DNA from: Eledone cirrhosa | Taxonomy: Eukaryota | Reading direction: 5' to 3' | Assembly (NCBI GenBank): GCA_964016885.1 | Contig: OZ024740.1 | Span: 17,360,001-17,424,000, forward strand | Length of the DNA stretch: 64,000 nucleotides | The notes under the pieces: generated by a model | What the model was told of the DNA's origin: nothing | Seen by the model: only the letters and a program-made list of their open reading frames with translations | Databases searched by the model: none | Position numbers and translations under genes: made by a program | Shown here: piece after piece, positions 12,601-27,000 of the stretch | How positions within the stretch are numbered: the stretch's first letter is position 1 | How the letters are laid out: every line of letters starts with the position of its first letter

Positions 12601-15060
12601 AGACTTAGCTCTCTTGTAGACACCAACACAGCATTGTGTCTGGTCTTGAGGTAGACATAGCTCTCTTGTAGACACCAACACAGCATTGTGTGTGGTCTTG
12701 AGGTAGACTTAGCTCTCTTGTAGACACCAACACAGCATTGTGTGTGGTCTTGAGGTTGACTTAGCTCTCTTGTAGACACCAACACAGCATCGTGTGTGGT
12801 CTTGAGGTAGACTTAGCTCTCTTGTAGACACCAACAGAGCATTGTGTGTGGTCTTGAGATAGACTTAGCTCTCTTGTAGACACCAACACAGCATTGTGTG
12901 TGGTCTTGAGGTAGCCTTAGCTCTCGTAGACACCAACACTGCATTGTGTGTGGTCTTGAGGTAGACTTAGCTCTCTTGTAGACACCACACTGCATTGTGT
13001 GTGGGCTTGAGGTAGACTTAGCTCTCTTGTAGACACCAACACAGCATTGTGTGTGGTCTTGAGATAGACTTAGCTCTCTTGTAGACACCAACACAGCATT
13101 GTGTCTAGTCTTGAGGTAGACTTAGTTCTCTTGTAGACACCAACACTGCATTGTGTGTGGTCTTGAGGTAGACTTAGCTCTCTTGTGGACACCAACACAG
13201 CATTGTGTGTGGTATTGAGGTAGACTTAGATCTCTTGTAGACACCAACACAACATTGTGTCTGGTTTTGAGGTAGACTTAGCTCTCTTGTAGACACCAAC
13301 ACAGCATTGTGTGTGGTCTTGAGGTAGACTTAGCTCTCTTGTAGACACCAACACAGCATTGTGTGTGGTCTTGAGGTAGACTTAGCTCTCTTGAGGACAC
13401 CAACACAGCATTGTGTCTGGTTTTGAGGTAGACTTAGCTCTCTTGTAGACACCAACACAGCATTGTGTGTGGTCTTGAGGTAGACTTAGCTCTCTTGTAG
13501 ACACCAACACAGCATTGTGTGTGGTCTTGAGGTAGACTTAGCTCTCTTGAGGACACCAACACAGCATTGTGTCTGGTTTTGAGGTAGACTTAGCTCTCTT
13601 GTAGACACCAACACAGCATTGTGTGTGGTCTTGAGGTAGACTTAGCTCTCTTGTAGACACCAACACAGCATTGTGTGTGGTCTTGAGGTAGACTTAGCTC
13701 TCTTGTAGACACCAACACAGCATTGTGTGTGGTCTTGAAGTAGACTTAGCTCTCTTGAGGACACCAACACAGCATTGTGTGTGGTCTTGAGGTAGACTTA
13801 GCTCTCTTGTAGACACCAACACAGCATTGTGTCTGGTTTTGAGGTAGACTTAGCTCTCTTGTAGACACCAACACAGCATTGTGTGAGGTCTTGTGGTAGA
13901 CATAGCTGTCTTGTAGACACCAACACAGCATTGTGTGTGGTCTTAAGGTAGACTTAGCTCTCTTGTAGACACCAACACAGCATTGTGTCTGGTCTTGAGG
14001 TAGACTTATCTCTCTTGTAGACACCAACACAGCACTGTGTGTGGTCTTGAGGTAGACATAGCTCTCTTGTAGACACCAACACAGCATTGTGTCTGGTCTT
14101 GAGGTAGACATAGCTCTCTTGTAGACACCAACACAGCATTGTGTGTGGTCTTGAGGTAGACTTAGCTCTCTTGTAGACACCAACACAGCATTGTGTGTGG
14201 TCTTGAGGTAGACTTAGCTCTCTTGTAGACACCAACACAGCATTGTGAGTGGTCTTCAGGTAGACTTAGCTCTCTTGTAGACAACAACACACAGCATTGT
14301 GTGTGGTCTTGAGGTAGACATAGCTCTCTTGTAGACACCAACACAGCATTGTGTGTGGTCTTGCGGTAGACTTAGCTCTCTTGTAGACACCAACACAGCA
14401 TTGTGTCTGGTCTTGAGGTAGACATAGCTCTCTTGTAGACACCAACACAGCATTGTGTGTGGTCTTGAGGTTGACTTAGCTCTCTTGTAGACACCAACAC
14501 AGCATCGTGTGTGGTCTTGAGGTAGACTTAGCTCTCTTGTAGACACCAACAGAGCATTGTGTCTGGTCTTGAGGTAGACATAGCTCTCTTGTAGACACCA
14601 ACACAGCATTGTGTGTGGTCTTGAGATAAACTTAGCTCTCTTGTAGACACCAACACAGCATTGTGTGTGGTCTTGAGGTAGCCTTAGCTCTATTGTAGAC
14701 ACCAACACTGCATTGTGTGTGGTCTTCAGGTAGACTTAGCTCTCTTGTAGACACCAACACAGCATTGTGTGTGGTCTTGAAGTAGACTTAGCTCTCTTGA
14801 GGACACCAACACAGCATTGTGTGTGGTCTTGAGGTAGACTTAGCTCTCTTGAGGACACCAACACAGCATTGTGTCTGGTTTTGAGGTAGACTTAGCTCTC
14901 TTGTAGACACCAACACAGCATTGTGTGTGGTCTTGTGGTAGACATAGCTGTCTTGTAGACACCAACACAGCATTGTGTGTGGTCTTAAGGTAGACTTAGC
15001 TCTCTTGTAGACACCAACACAGCACTATGTGTGGTCTTGAGGTAGACATAGCTCTCTTGT
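5670..15060 (+). repeat. Tandem higher-order duplication of about 4.7 kb (offset 4,733 then 4,681 bp; 91 then 90 monomers)
   Basis: ORF pairs 6362/11095, 6976/11709, 7610/12343, 8080/12813 (4,733) and 9065/13746, 9575/14256, 10107/14788 (4,681). The rare GCACTATGTG variant occurs at about 10341 and about 15022. Confidence 0.85.
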
Positions 15061-18000
15061 AGACACCAACACAGCATTGTGTCTGGTCTTGAGGTAGACA
15101 TAGCTCTCTTGTAGACACCAACACAGCATTGTGTGTGGTCTTGAGGTAGACTTAGCTCTCTTGTAGACGCCAACACAGAATTGTGTGTGGTCTTGAGGTA
15201 GACTTAGCTCTCTTGTGGACACCAACACAGCATTGTGTGTGGTCTTGAGGTAGACTTAGCTCTCTTGAGGACGCCAACACAGCATCGTGTGTTTTCTTGA
15301 GGTAGACTTAGCTCTCTTGTAGACACCAACACAGCATTGTGTGTGGTCTTGAGGCAGACTTAGCTCTCTTGTAGACACCAACACAGCATTGTGTGTGGTC
15401 TTGAGGTAGACTTAGCTCTCTTGTAGACACCAACACAGCATTGTGAGTGGTCTTCAGGTAGACTTAGCTCTCTTGTAGACACCAACACACAGCATTGTGT
15501 GTGGTTTTGAGGTAGACATAGCTCTCTTGTAGACACCAACACAGCATTGTGTGTCGTCTTGCGGTAGACTTAGCTCTCTTGTAGACACCAACACAGCATT
15601 GTGTGTGGTCTTGAGGTAGCCTTAGCTCTCGTAGACACCAACACTGCATTGTGTGTGGTCTTGAGGTAGACTTAGCTCTCTTGTAGACACCACACTGCAT
15701 TGTGTGTGGGCTTGAGGTAGACTTAGCTCTCTTGTAGACACCAACACAGCATTGTGTGTGGTCTTGAGATAGACTTAGCTCTCTTGTAGACACCAACACA
15801 GCATTGTGTCTAGTCTTGAGGTAGACTTAGTTCTCTTGTAGACACCAACACTGCATTGTGTGTGGTCTTGAGGTAGACTTAGCTCTCTTGTAGACACCAA
15901 CTCAGCATTGTCTGTGGTCTTGAGGTAGACTTAGCTCTCTTGTGGACACCAACACAGCATTGTGTGTGGTATTGAGGTAGACTTAGATCTCTTGTAGACA
16001 CCAACACAACATTGTGTCTGGTTTTGAGGTAGACTTAGCTCTCTTGTAGACACCAACACAGCATTGTGTGTGGTCTTGAGGTAGACTTAGCTCTCTTGTA
16101 GACACCAACACAGCATTGTGTGTGGTCTTGAGGTAGACTTAGCTCTCTTGAGGACACCAACACAGCATTGTGTCTGGTTTTGAGGTAGACTTAGCTCTCT
16201 TGTAGACACCAACACAGCATTGTGTGTGGTCTTGAGGTAGACTTAGCTCTCTTGTAGACACCAACACAGCATTGTGTGTGGTCTTGAGGTAGACTTAGCT
16301 CTCTTGAGGACACCAACACAGCATTGTGTCTGGTTTTGAGGTAGACTTAGCTCTCTTGTAGACACCAACACAGCATTGTGTGTGGTCTTGAGGTAGACTT
16401 AGCTCTCTTGTAGACACCAACACAGCATTGTGTGTGGTCTTGAGGTAGACTTAGCTCTCTTGTAGACACCAACACAGCATTGTGTGTGGTCTTGAAGTAG
16501 ACTTAGCTCTCTTGAGGACACCAACACAGCATTGTGTGTGGTCTTGAGGTAGACTTAGCTCTCTTGAGGACACCAACACAGCATTGTGTCTGGTTTTGAG
16601 GTAGACTTAGCTCTCTTGTAGACACCAACACAGCATTGTGTGAGGTCTTGTGGTAGACATAGCTGTCTTGTAGACACCAACACAGCATTGTGTGTGGTCT
16701 TAAGGTAGACTTAGCTCTCTTGTAGACACCAACACAGCATTGTGTGTGGTCTTGAGGTAGACTTATCTCTCTTGTAGACACCAACACAGCACTGTGTGTG
16801 GTCTTGAGGTAGACATAGCTCTCTTGTAGACACCAACACAGCATTGTGTCTGGTCTTGAGGTAGACATAGCTCTCTTGTAGACACCAACACAGCATTGTT
16901 TGTGGTCTTGAGGTAGACTTAGCTCTCTTGTGGACACCAACACAGCATTGTGTGTGGTCTTGAGGTAGACTTAGCTCTCTTGTAGACACCAACACAGCAT
17001 TGTGTGTGGTCTTGAGGCAGACTTAGCTCTCTTGTAGACACCAACACAGCATTGTGTGTGGTCTTGAGGTAGACTTAGCTCTCTTGTAGACACCAACACA
17101 GCATTGTGAGTGGTCTTCAGGTAGACTTAGCTCTCTTGTAGACAACAACACACAGCATTGTGTGTGGTCTTGAGGTAGACATAGCTCTCTTGTAGACACC
17201 AACACAGCATTGTGTGTGGTCTTGCGGTAGACTTAGCTCTCTTGTAGACACCAACACAGCATTGTGTCTGGTCTTGAGGTAGACATAGCTCTCTTGTAGA
17301 CTCCAACACAGCATTGTGTGTGGTCTTGAGGTAGACTTAGCTCTCTTGTAGACACCAACACAGCATTGTGTGTGGTCTTTAGGTTGACTTAGCTCTCTTG
17401 TAGACACCAACACAGCATCGTGTGTGGTCTTGAGGTAGACTTAGCTCTCTTGTAGACACCAACAGAGCATTGTGTCTGGTCTTGAGGTAGACATAGCTCT
17501 CTTGTAGACACCAACACAGCATTGTGTGTGGTCTTGAGATAAACTTAGCTCTCTTGTAGACACCAACACAGCATTGTGTGTGGTCTTGAGGTAGCCTTAG
17601 CTCTATTGTAGACACCAACACTGCATTGTGTGTGGTCTTCAGGTAGACTTAGCTCTCTTGTAGACACCAACACAGCATTGTGTGTGGTCTTGAAGTAGAC
17701 TTAGCTCTCTTGAGGACACCAACACAGCATTGTGTGTGGTCTTGAGGTAGACTTAGCTCTCTTGAGGACACCAACACAGCATTGTGTCTGGTTTTGAGGT
17801 AGACTTAGCTCTCTTGTAGACACCAACACAGCATTGTGTGTGGTCTTGTGGTAGACATAGCTGTCTTGTAGACACCAACACAGCATTGTGTGTGGTCTTA
17901 AGGTAGACTTAGCTCTCTTGTAGACACCAACACAGCACTGTGTGTGGTCTTGAGGTAGACATAGCTCTCTTGTAGACACCAACACAGCATTGTGTCTGGT

Positions 18001-21000
18001 CTTGAGGTAGACATAGCTCTCTTGTAGACACCAACACAGCATTGTTTGTGGTCTTGATGTAGACTGAGCTCTCTTGTAGACGCCAACACAGCATTGTGTG
18101 TGGTCTTGAGGTAGACTTAGCTCTCTTGTAGACGCCAACACAGAATTGTGTGTGGTCTTGAGGTAGACTTAGCTCTCTTGTGGACACCAACACAGCATTG
18201 TGTGTGGTCTTGAGGTAGACTTAGCTCTCTTGTAGACACCAACACAGCATTGTGTGTGGTCTTGAGGTAGACTTAGCTCTCTTGTAGACACCAACACAGC
18301 ACTGTGTGTGGTCTTGAGGTAGACATAGCTCTCTTGTAGACACCAACACAGCATTGTGTCTGGTCTTGAGGTAGACATAGCTCTCTTGTAGACACCAACA
18401 CAGCATTGTTTGTGGTCTTGATGTAGACTGAGCTCTCTTGTAGACGCCAACACAGCATTGTGTGTGGTCTTGAGGTAGACTTAGCTCTCTTGTAGACGCC
18501 AACACAGAATTGTGTGTGGTCTTGAGGTAGACTTAGCTCTCTTGTGGACACCAACACAGCATTGTGTGTGGTCTTGAGGTAGACTTAGCTCTCTTGAGGA
18601 CGCCAACACAGCATCGTGTGTTTTCTTGAGGTAGACTTAGCTCTCTTGTAGACACCAACACAGCATTGTGTGTGGTCTTGAGGCAGACTTAGCTCTCTTG
18701 TAGACACCAACACAGCATTGTGTGTGGTCTTGAGGTAGACTTAGCTCTCTTGTAGACACCAACACAGCATTGTGAGTGGTCTTCAGGTAGACTTAGCTCT
18801 CTTGTAGACACCAACACACAGCATTGTGTGTGGTTTTGAGGTAGACATAGCTCTCTTGTAGACACCAACACAGCATTGTGTGTCGTCTTGCGGTAGACTT
18901 AGCTCTCTTGTAGACACCAACACAGCATTGTGTGTGGTCTTAAGGTAGCCTTAGCTCTCGTAGACACCAACACTGCATTGTGTGTGGTCTTGAGGTAGAC
19001 TTAGCTCTCTTGTAGACACCACACTGCATTGTGTGTGGGCTTGAGGTAGACTTAGCTCTCTTGTAGACACCAACACAGCATTGTGTGTGGTCTTGAGATA
19101 GACTTAGCTCTCTTGTAGACACCAACACAGCATTGTGTCTAGTCTTGAGGTAGACTTAGTTCTCTTGTAGACACCAACACTGCATTGTGTGTGGTCTTGA
19201 GGTAGACTTAGCTCTCTTGTAGACACCAACTCAGCATTGTCTGTGGTCTTGAGGTAGACTTAGCTCTCTTGTGGACACCAACACAGCATTGTGTGTGGTA
19301 TTGAGGTAGACTTAGATCTCTTGTAGACACCAACACAACATTGTGTCTGGTTTTGAGGTAGACTTAGCTCTCTTGTAGACACCAACACAGCATTGTGTGT
19401 GGTCTTGAGGTAGACTTAGCTCTCTTGTAGACACCAACACAGCATTGTGTGTGGTCTTGAGGACACCAACACAGCATTGTGTCTGGTTTTGAGGTAGACT
19501 TAGCTCTCTTGTAGACACCAACACAGCATTGTGTGTGGTCTTGAGGTAGACTTAGCTCTCTTGTAGACACCAACACAGCATTGTGTGTGGTCTTGAGGTA
19601 GACTTAGCTCTCTTGTAGACACCAACACAGCATTGTGTGTGGTCTTGAAGTAGACTTAGCTCTCTTGAGGACACCAACACAGCATTGTGTGTGGTCTTGA
19701 GGTAGACTTAGCTCTCTTGAGGACACCAACACAGCATTGTGTCTGGTTTTGAGGTAGACTTAGCTCTCTTGTAGACACCAACACAGCATTGTGTGAGGTC
19801 TTGTGGTAGACATAGCTGTCTTGTAGACACCAACACAGCATTGTGTGTGGTCTTAAGGTAGACTTAGCTCTCTTGTAGACACCAACACAGCATTGTGTCT
19901 GGTCTTGAGGTAGACTTATCTCTCTTGTAGACACCAACACAGCACTGTGTGTGGTCTTGAGGTAGACATAGCTCTCTTGTAGACACCAACACAGCATTGT
20001 GTCTGGTCTTGAGGTAGACATAGCTCTCTTGTAGACACCAACACAGCATTGTTTGTGGTCTTGAGGTAGACTTAGCTCTCTTGTGGACACCAACACAGCA
20101 TTGTGTGTGGTCTTGAGGTAGACTTAGCTCTCTTGTAGACACCAACACAGCATTGTGTGTGGTCTTGAGGCAGACTTAGCTCTCTTGTAGACACCAACAC
20201 AGCATTGTGTGTGGTCTTGAGGTAGACTTAGCTCTCTTGTAGACACCAACACAGCATTGTGTGTGGTCTTGCGGTAGACTTAGCTCTCTTGTAGACACCA
20301 ACACAGCATTGTGTCTGGTCTTGAGGTAGACATAGCTCTCTTGTAGACACCAACACAGCATTGTGTGTGGTCTTGAGGTAGACTTAGCTCTCTTGTAGAC
20401 ACCAACACAGCATTGTGTGTGGTCTTTAGGTTGACTTAGCTCTCTTGTAGACACCAACACAGCACTGTGTGTGGTCTTGAGGTAGACATAGCTCTCTTGT
20501 AGACACCAACACAGCATTGTGTCTGGTCTTGAGGTAGACATAGCTCTCTTGTAGACACCAACACAGCATTGTTTGTGGTCTTGAGGTAGACTTAGCTCTC
20601 TTGTGGACACCAACACAGCATTGTGTGTGGTCTTGAGGTAGACTTAGCTCTCTTGTAGACACCAACACAGCATTGTGTGTGGTCTTGAGGCAGACTTAGC
20701 TCTCTTGTAGACACCAACACAGCATTGTGTGTGGTCTTGAGGTAGACTTAGCTCTCTTGTAGACACCAACACAGCATTGTGAGTGGTCTTCAGGTAGACT
20801 TAGCTCTCTTGTAGACAACAACACAGCATTGTGTCTGGTCTTGAGGTAGACATAGCTCTCTTGTAGACACCAACACAGCATTGTTTGTGGTCTTGATGTA
20901 GACTGAGCTCTCTTGTAGACGCCAACACAGCATTGTGTGTGGTCTTGAGGTAGACTTAGCTCTCTTGTAGACACCAACACAGCACTGTGTGTGGTCTTGA

Positions 21001-24000
21001 GGTAGACATAGCTCTCTTGTAGACACCAACACAGCATTGTGTCTGGTCTTGAGGTAGACATAGCTCTCTTGTAGACACCAACACAGCATTGTTTGTGGTC
21101 TTGATGTAGACTGAGCTCTCTTGTAGACGCCAACACAGCATTGTGTGTGGTCTTGAGGTAGACTTAGCTCTCTTGTAGACACCAACACAGCATTGTGTCT
21201 GGTCTTGAGGTAGACATAGCTCTCTTGTAGACACCAACACAGCATTGTTTGTGGTCTTGATGTAGACTTAGCTCTCTTGTGGACACCAACACAGCATTGT
21301 GTGTGGTCTTGAGGTAGACTTAGCTCTCTTGAGGACGCCAACACAGCATCGTGTGTTTTCTTGAGGTAGACTTAGCTCTCTTGTAGACACCAACACAGCA
21401 TTGTGTGTGGTCTTGAGGCAGACTTAGCTCTCTTGTAGACACCAACACAGCATTGTGTGTGGTCTTGAGGTAGACTTAGCTCTCTTGTAGACACCAACAC
21501 AGCATTGTGAGTGGTCTTCAGGTAGACTTAGCTCTCTTGTAGACACCAACACACAGCATTGTGTGTGGTTTTGAGGTAGACATAGCTCTCTTGTAGACAC
21601 CAACACAGCATTGTGTGTCGTCTTGCGGTAGACTTAGCTCTCTTGTAGACACCAACTCAGCATTGTCTGTGGTCTTGAGGTAGACTTAGCTCTCTTGTAG
21701 ACACCAACACAGCATTGTGTCTGGTCTTGAGGTAGACATAGCTCTCTTGTAGACACCAACACAGCATTGTGTGTGGTCTTGAGGTAGACTTAGCTCTCTT
21801 GTAGACACCAACACAGCATTGTGTGTGGTCTTGAGGTTGACTTAGCTCTCTTGTAGACACCAACACAGCATCGTGTGTGGTCTTGAGGTAGACTTAGCTC
21901 TCTTGTAGACACCAACAGAGCATTGTGTGTGGTCTTGAGATAGACTTAGCTCTCTTGTAGACACCAACACAGCATTGTGTGTGGTCTTGAGGTAGCCTTA
22001 GCTCTCGTAGACACCAACACTGCATTGTGTGTGGTCTTGAGGTAGACTTAGCTCTCTTGTAGACACCACACTGCATTGTGTGTGGGCTTGAGGTAGACTT
22101 AGCTCTCTTGTAGACACCAACACAGCATTGTGTGTGGTCTTGAGATAGACTTAGCTCTCTTGTAGACACCAACACAGCATTGTGTCTAGTCTTGAGGTAG
22201 ACTTAGTTCTCTTGTAGACACCAACACTGCATTGTGTGTGGTCTTGAGGTAGACTTAGCTCTCTTGTGGACACCAACACAGCATTGTGTGTGGTATTGAG
22301 GTAGACTTAGATCTCTTGTAGACACCAACACAACATTGTGTCTGGTTTTGAGGTAGACTTAGCTCTCTTGTAGACACCAACACAGCATTGTGTGTGGTCT
22401 TGAGGTAGACTTAGCTCTCTTGTAGACACCAACACAGCATTGTGTGTGGTCTTGAGGTAGACTTAGCTCTCTTGAGGACACCAACACAGCATTGTGTCTG
22501 GTTTTGAGGTAGACTTAGCTCTCTTGTAGACACCAACACAGCATTGTGTGTGGTCTTGAGGTAGACTTAGCTCTCTTGTAGACACCAACACAGCATTGTG
22601 TGTGGTCTTGAGGTAGACTTAGCTCTCTTGAGGACACCAACACAGCATTGTGTCTGGTTTTGAGGTAGACTTAGCTCTCTTGTAGACACCAACACAGCAT
22701 TGTGTGTGGTCTTGAGGTAGACTTAGCTCTCTTGTAGACACCAACACAGCATTGTGTGTGGTCTTGAGGTAGACTTAGCTCTCTTGTAGACACCAACACA
22801 GCATTGTGTGTGGTCTTGAAGTAGACTTAGCTCTCTTGAGGACACCAACACAGCATTGTGTGTGGTCTTGAGGTAGACTTAGCTCTCTTGTAGACACCAA
22901 CACAGCATTGTGTCTGGTTTTGAGGTAGACTTAGCTCTCTTGTAGACACCAACACAGCATTGTGTGAGGTCTTGTGGTAGACATAGCTGTCTTGTAGACA
23001 CCAACACAGCATTGTGTGTGGTCTTAAGGTAGACTTAGCTCTCTTGTAGACACCAACACAGCATTGTGTCTGGTCTTGAGGTAGACTTATCTCTCTTGTA
23101 GACACCAACACAGCACTGTGTGTGGTCTTGAGGTAGACATAGCTCTCTTGTAGACACCAACACAGCATTGTGTCTGGTCTTGAGGTAGACATAGCTCTCT
23201 TGTAGACACCAACACAGCATTGTGTGTGGTCTTGAGGTAGACTTAGCTCTCTTGTAGACACCAACACAGCATTGTGTGTGGTCTTGAGGTAGACTTAGCT
23301 CTCTTGTAGACACCAACACAGCATTGTGAGTGGTCTTCAGGTAGACTTAGCTCTCTTGTAGACAACAACACACAGCATTGTGTGTGGTCTTGAGGTAGAC
23401 ATAGCTCTCTTGTAGACACCAACACAGCATTGTGTGTGGTCTTGCGGTAGACTTAGCTCTCTTGTAGACACCAACACAGCATTGTGTCTGGTCTTGAGGT
23501 AGACATAGCTCTCTTGTAGACACCAACACAGCATTGTGTGTGGTCTTGAGGTTGACTTAGCTCTCTTGTAGACACCAACACAGCATCGTGTGTGGTCTTG
23601 AGGTAGACTTAGCTCTCTTGTAGACACCAACAGAGCATTGTGTCTGGTCTTGAGGTAGACATAGCTCTCTTGTAGACACCAACACAGCATTGTGTGTGGT
23701 CTTGAGATAAACTTAGCTCTCTTGTAGACACCAACACAGCATTGTGTGTGGTCTTGAGGTAGCCTTAGCTCTATTGTAGACACCAACACTGCATTGTGTG
23801 TGGTCTTCAGGTAGACTTAGCTCTCTTGTAGACACCAACACAGCATTGTGTGTGGTCTTGAAGTAGACTTAGCTCTCTTGAGGACACCAACACAGCATTG
23901 TGTGTGGTCTTGAGGTAGACTTAGCTCTCTTGAGGACACCAACACAGCATTGTGTCTGGTTTTGAGGTAGACTTAGCTCTCTTGTAGACACCAACACAGC

Positions 24001-27000
24001 ATTGTGTGTGGTCTTGTGGTAGACATAGCTGTCTTGTAGACACCAACACAGCATTGTGTGTGGTCTTAAGGTAGACTTAGCTCTCTTGTAGACACCAACA
24101 CAGCACTATGTGTGGTCTTGAGGTAGACATAGCTCTCTTGTAGACACCAACACAGCATTGTGTCTGGTCTTGAGGTAGACATAGCTCTCTTGTAGACACC
24201 AACACAGCATTGTGTGTGGTCTTGAGGTAGACTTAGCTCTCTTGTAGACGCCAACACAGAATTGTGTGTGGTCTTGAGGTAGACTTAGCTCTCTTGTGGA
24301 CACCAACACAGCATTGTGTGTGGTCTTGAGGTAGACTTAGCTCTCTTGAGGACGCCAACACAGCATCGTGTGTTTTCTTGAGGTAGACTTAGCTCTCTTG
24401 TAGACACCAACACAGCATTGTGTGTGGTCTTGAGGCAGACTTAGCTCTCTTGTAGACACCAACACAGCATTGTGTGTGGTCTTGAGGTAGACTTAGCTCT
24501 CTTGTAGACACCAACACAGCATTGTGAGTGGTCTTCAGGTAGACTTAGCTCTCTTGTAGACACCAACACACAGCATTGTGTGTGGTTTTGAGGTAGACAT
24601 AGCTCTCTTGTAGACACCAACACAGCATTGTGTGTCGTCTTGCGGTAGACTTAGCTCTCTTGTAGACACCAACACAGCATTGTGTGTGGTCTTGAGGTAG
24701 CCTTAGCTCTCGTAGACACCAACACTGCATTGTGTGTGGTCTTGAGGTAGACTTAGCTCTCTTGTAGACACCACACTGCATTGTGTGTGGGCTTGAGGTA
24801 GACTTAGCTCTCTTGTAGACACCAACACAGCATTGTGTGTGGTCTTGAGATAGACTTAGCTCTCTTGTAGACACCAACACAGCATTGTGTCTAGTCTTGA
24901 GGTAGACTTAGTTCTCTTGTAGACACCAACACTGCATTGTGTGTGGTCTTGAGGTAGACTTAGCTCTCTTGTAGACACCAACTCAGCATTGTCTGTGGTC
25001 TTGAGGTAGACTTAGCTCTCTTGTGGACACCAACACAGCATTGTGTGTGGTATTGAGGTAGACTTAGATCTCTTGTAGACACCAACACAACATTGTGTCT
25101 GGTTTTGAGGTAGACTTAGCTCTCTTGTAGACACCAACACAGCATTGTGTGTGGTCTTGAGGTAGACTTAGCTCTCTTGTAGACACCAACACAGCATTGT
25201 GTGTGGTCTTGAGGTAGACTTAGCTCTCTTGAGGACACCAACACAGCATTGTGTCTGGTTTTGAGGTAGACTTAGCTCTCTTGTAGACACCAACACAGCA
25301 TTGTGTGTGGTCTTGAGGTAGACTTAGCTCTCTTGTAGACACCAACACAGCATTGTGTGTGGTCTTGAGGTAGACTTAGCTCTCTTGAGGACACCAACAC
25401 AGCATTGTGTCTGGTTTTGAGGTAGACTTAGCTCTCTTGTAGACACCAACACAGCATTGTGTGTGGTCTTGAGGTAGACTTAGCTCTCTTGTAGACACCA
25501 ACACAGCATTGTGTGTGGTCTTGAGGTAGACTTAGCTCTCTTGTAGACACCAACACAGCATTGTGTGTGGTCTTGAAGTAGACTTAGCTCTCTTGAGGAC
25601 ACCAACACAGCATTGTGTGTGGTCTTGAGGTAGACTTAGCTCTCTTGAGGACACCAACACAGCATTGTGTCTGGTTTTGAGGTAGACTTAGCTCTCTTGT
25701 AGACACCAACACAGCATTGTGTGAGGTCTTGTGGTAGACATAGCTGTCTTGTAGACACCAACACAGCATTGTGTGTGGTCTTAAGGTAGACTTAGCTCTC
25801 TTGTAGACACCAACACAGCATTGTGTGTGGTCTTGAGGTAGACTTATCTCTCTTGTAGACACCAACACAGCACTGTGTGTGGTCTTGAGGTAGACATAGC
25901 TCTCTTGTAGACACCAACACAGCATTGTGTCTGGTCTTGAGGTAGACATAGCTCTCTTGTAGACACCAACACAGCATTGTTTGTGGTCTTGAGGTAGACT
26001 TAGCTCTCTTGTGGACACCAACACAGCATTGTGTGTGGTCTTGAGGTAGACTTAGCTCTCTTGTAGACACCAACACAGCATTGTGTGTGGTCTTGAGGCA
26101 GACTTAGCTCTCTTGTAGACACCAACACAGCATTGTGTGTGGTCTTGAGGTAGACTTAGCTCTCTTGTAGACACCAACACAGCATTGTGAGTGGTCTTCA
26201 GGTAGACTTAGCTCTCTTGTAGACAACAACACACAGCATTGTGTGTGGTCTTGAGGTAGACATAGCTCTCTTGTAGACACCAACACAGCATTGTGTGTGG
26301 TCTTGCGGTAGACTTAGCTCTCTTGTAGACACCAACACAGCATTGTGTCTGGTCTTGAGGTAGACATAGCTCTCTTGTAGACTCCAACACAGCATTGTGT
26401 GTGGTCTTGAGGTAGACTTAGCTCTCTTGTAGACACCAACACAGCATTGTGTGTGGTCTTTAGGTTGACTTAGCTCTCTTGTAGACACCAACACAGCATC
26501 GTGTGTGGTCTTGAGGTAGACTTAGCTCTCTTGTAGACACCAACAGAGCATTGTGTCTGGTCTTGAGGTAGACATAGCTCTCTTGTAGACACCAACACAG
26601 CATTGTGTGTGGTCTTGAGATAAACTTAGCTCTCTTGTAGACACCAACACAGCATTGTGTGTGGTCTTGAGGTAGCCTTAGCTCTATTGTAGACACCAAC
26701 ACTGCATTGTGTGTGGTCTTCAGGTAGACTTAGCTCTCTTGTAGACACCAACACAGCATTGTGTGTGGTCTTGAAGTAGACTTAGCTCTCTTGAGGACAC
26801 CAACACAGCATTGTGTGTGGTCTTGAGGTAGACTTAGCTCTCTTGAGGACACCAACACAGCATTGTGTCTGGTTTTGAGGTAGACTTAGCTCTCTTGTAG
26901 ACACCAACACAGCATTGTGTGTGGTCTTGTGGTAGACATAGCTGTCTTGTAGACACCAACACAGCATTGTGTGTGGTCTTAAGGTAGACTTAGCTCTCTT

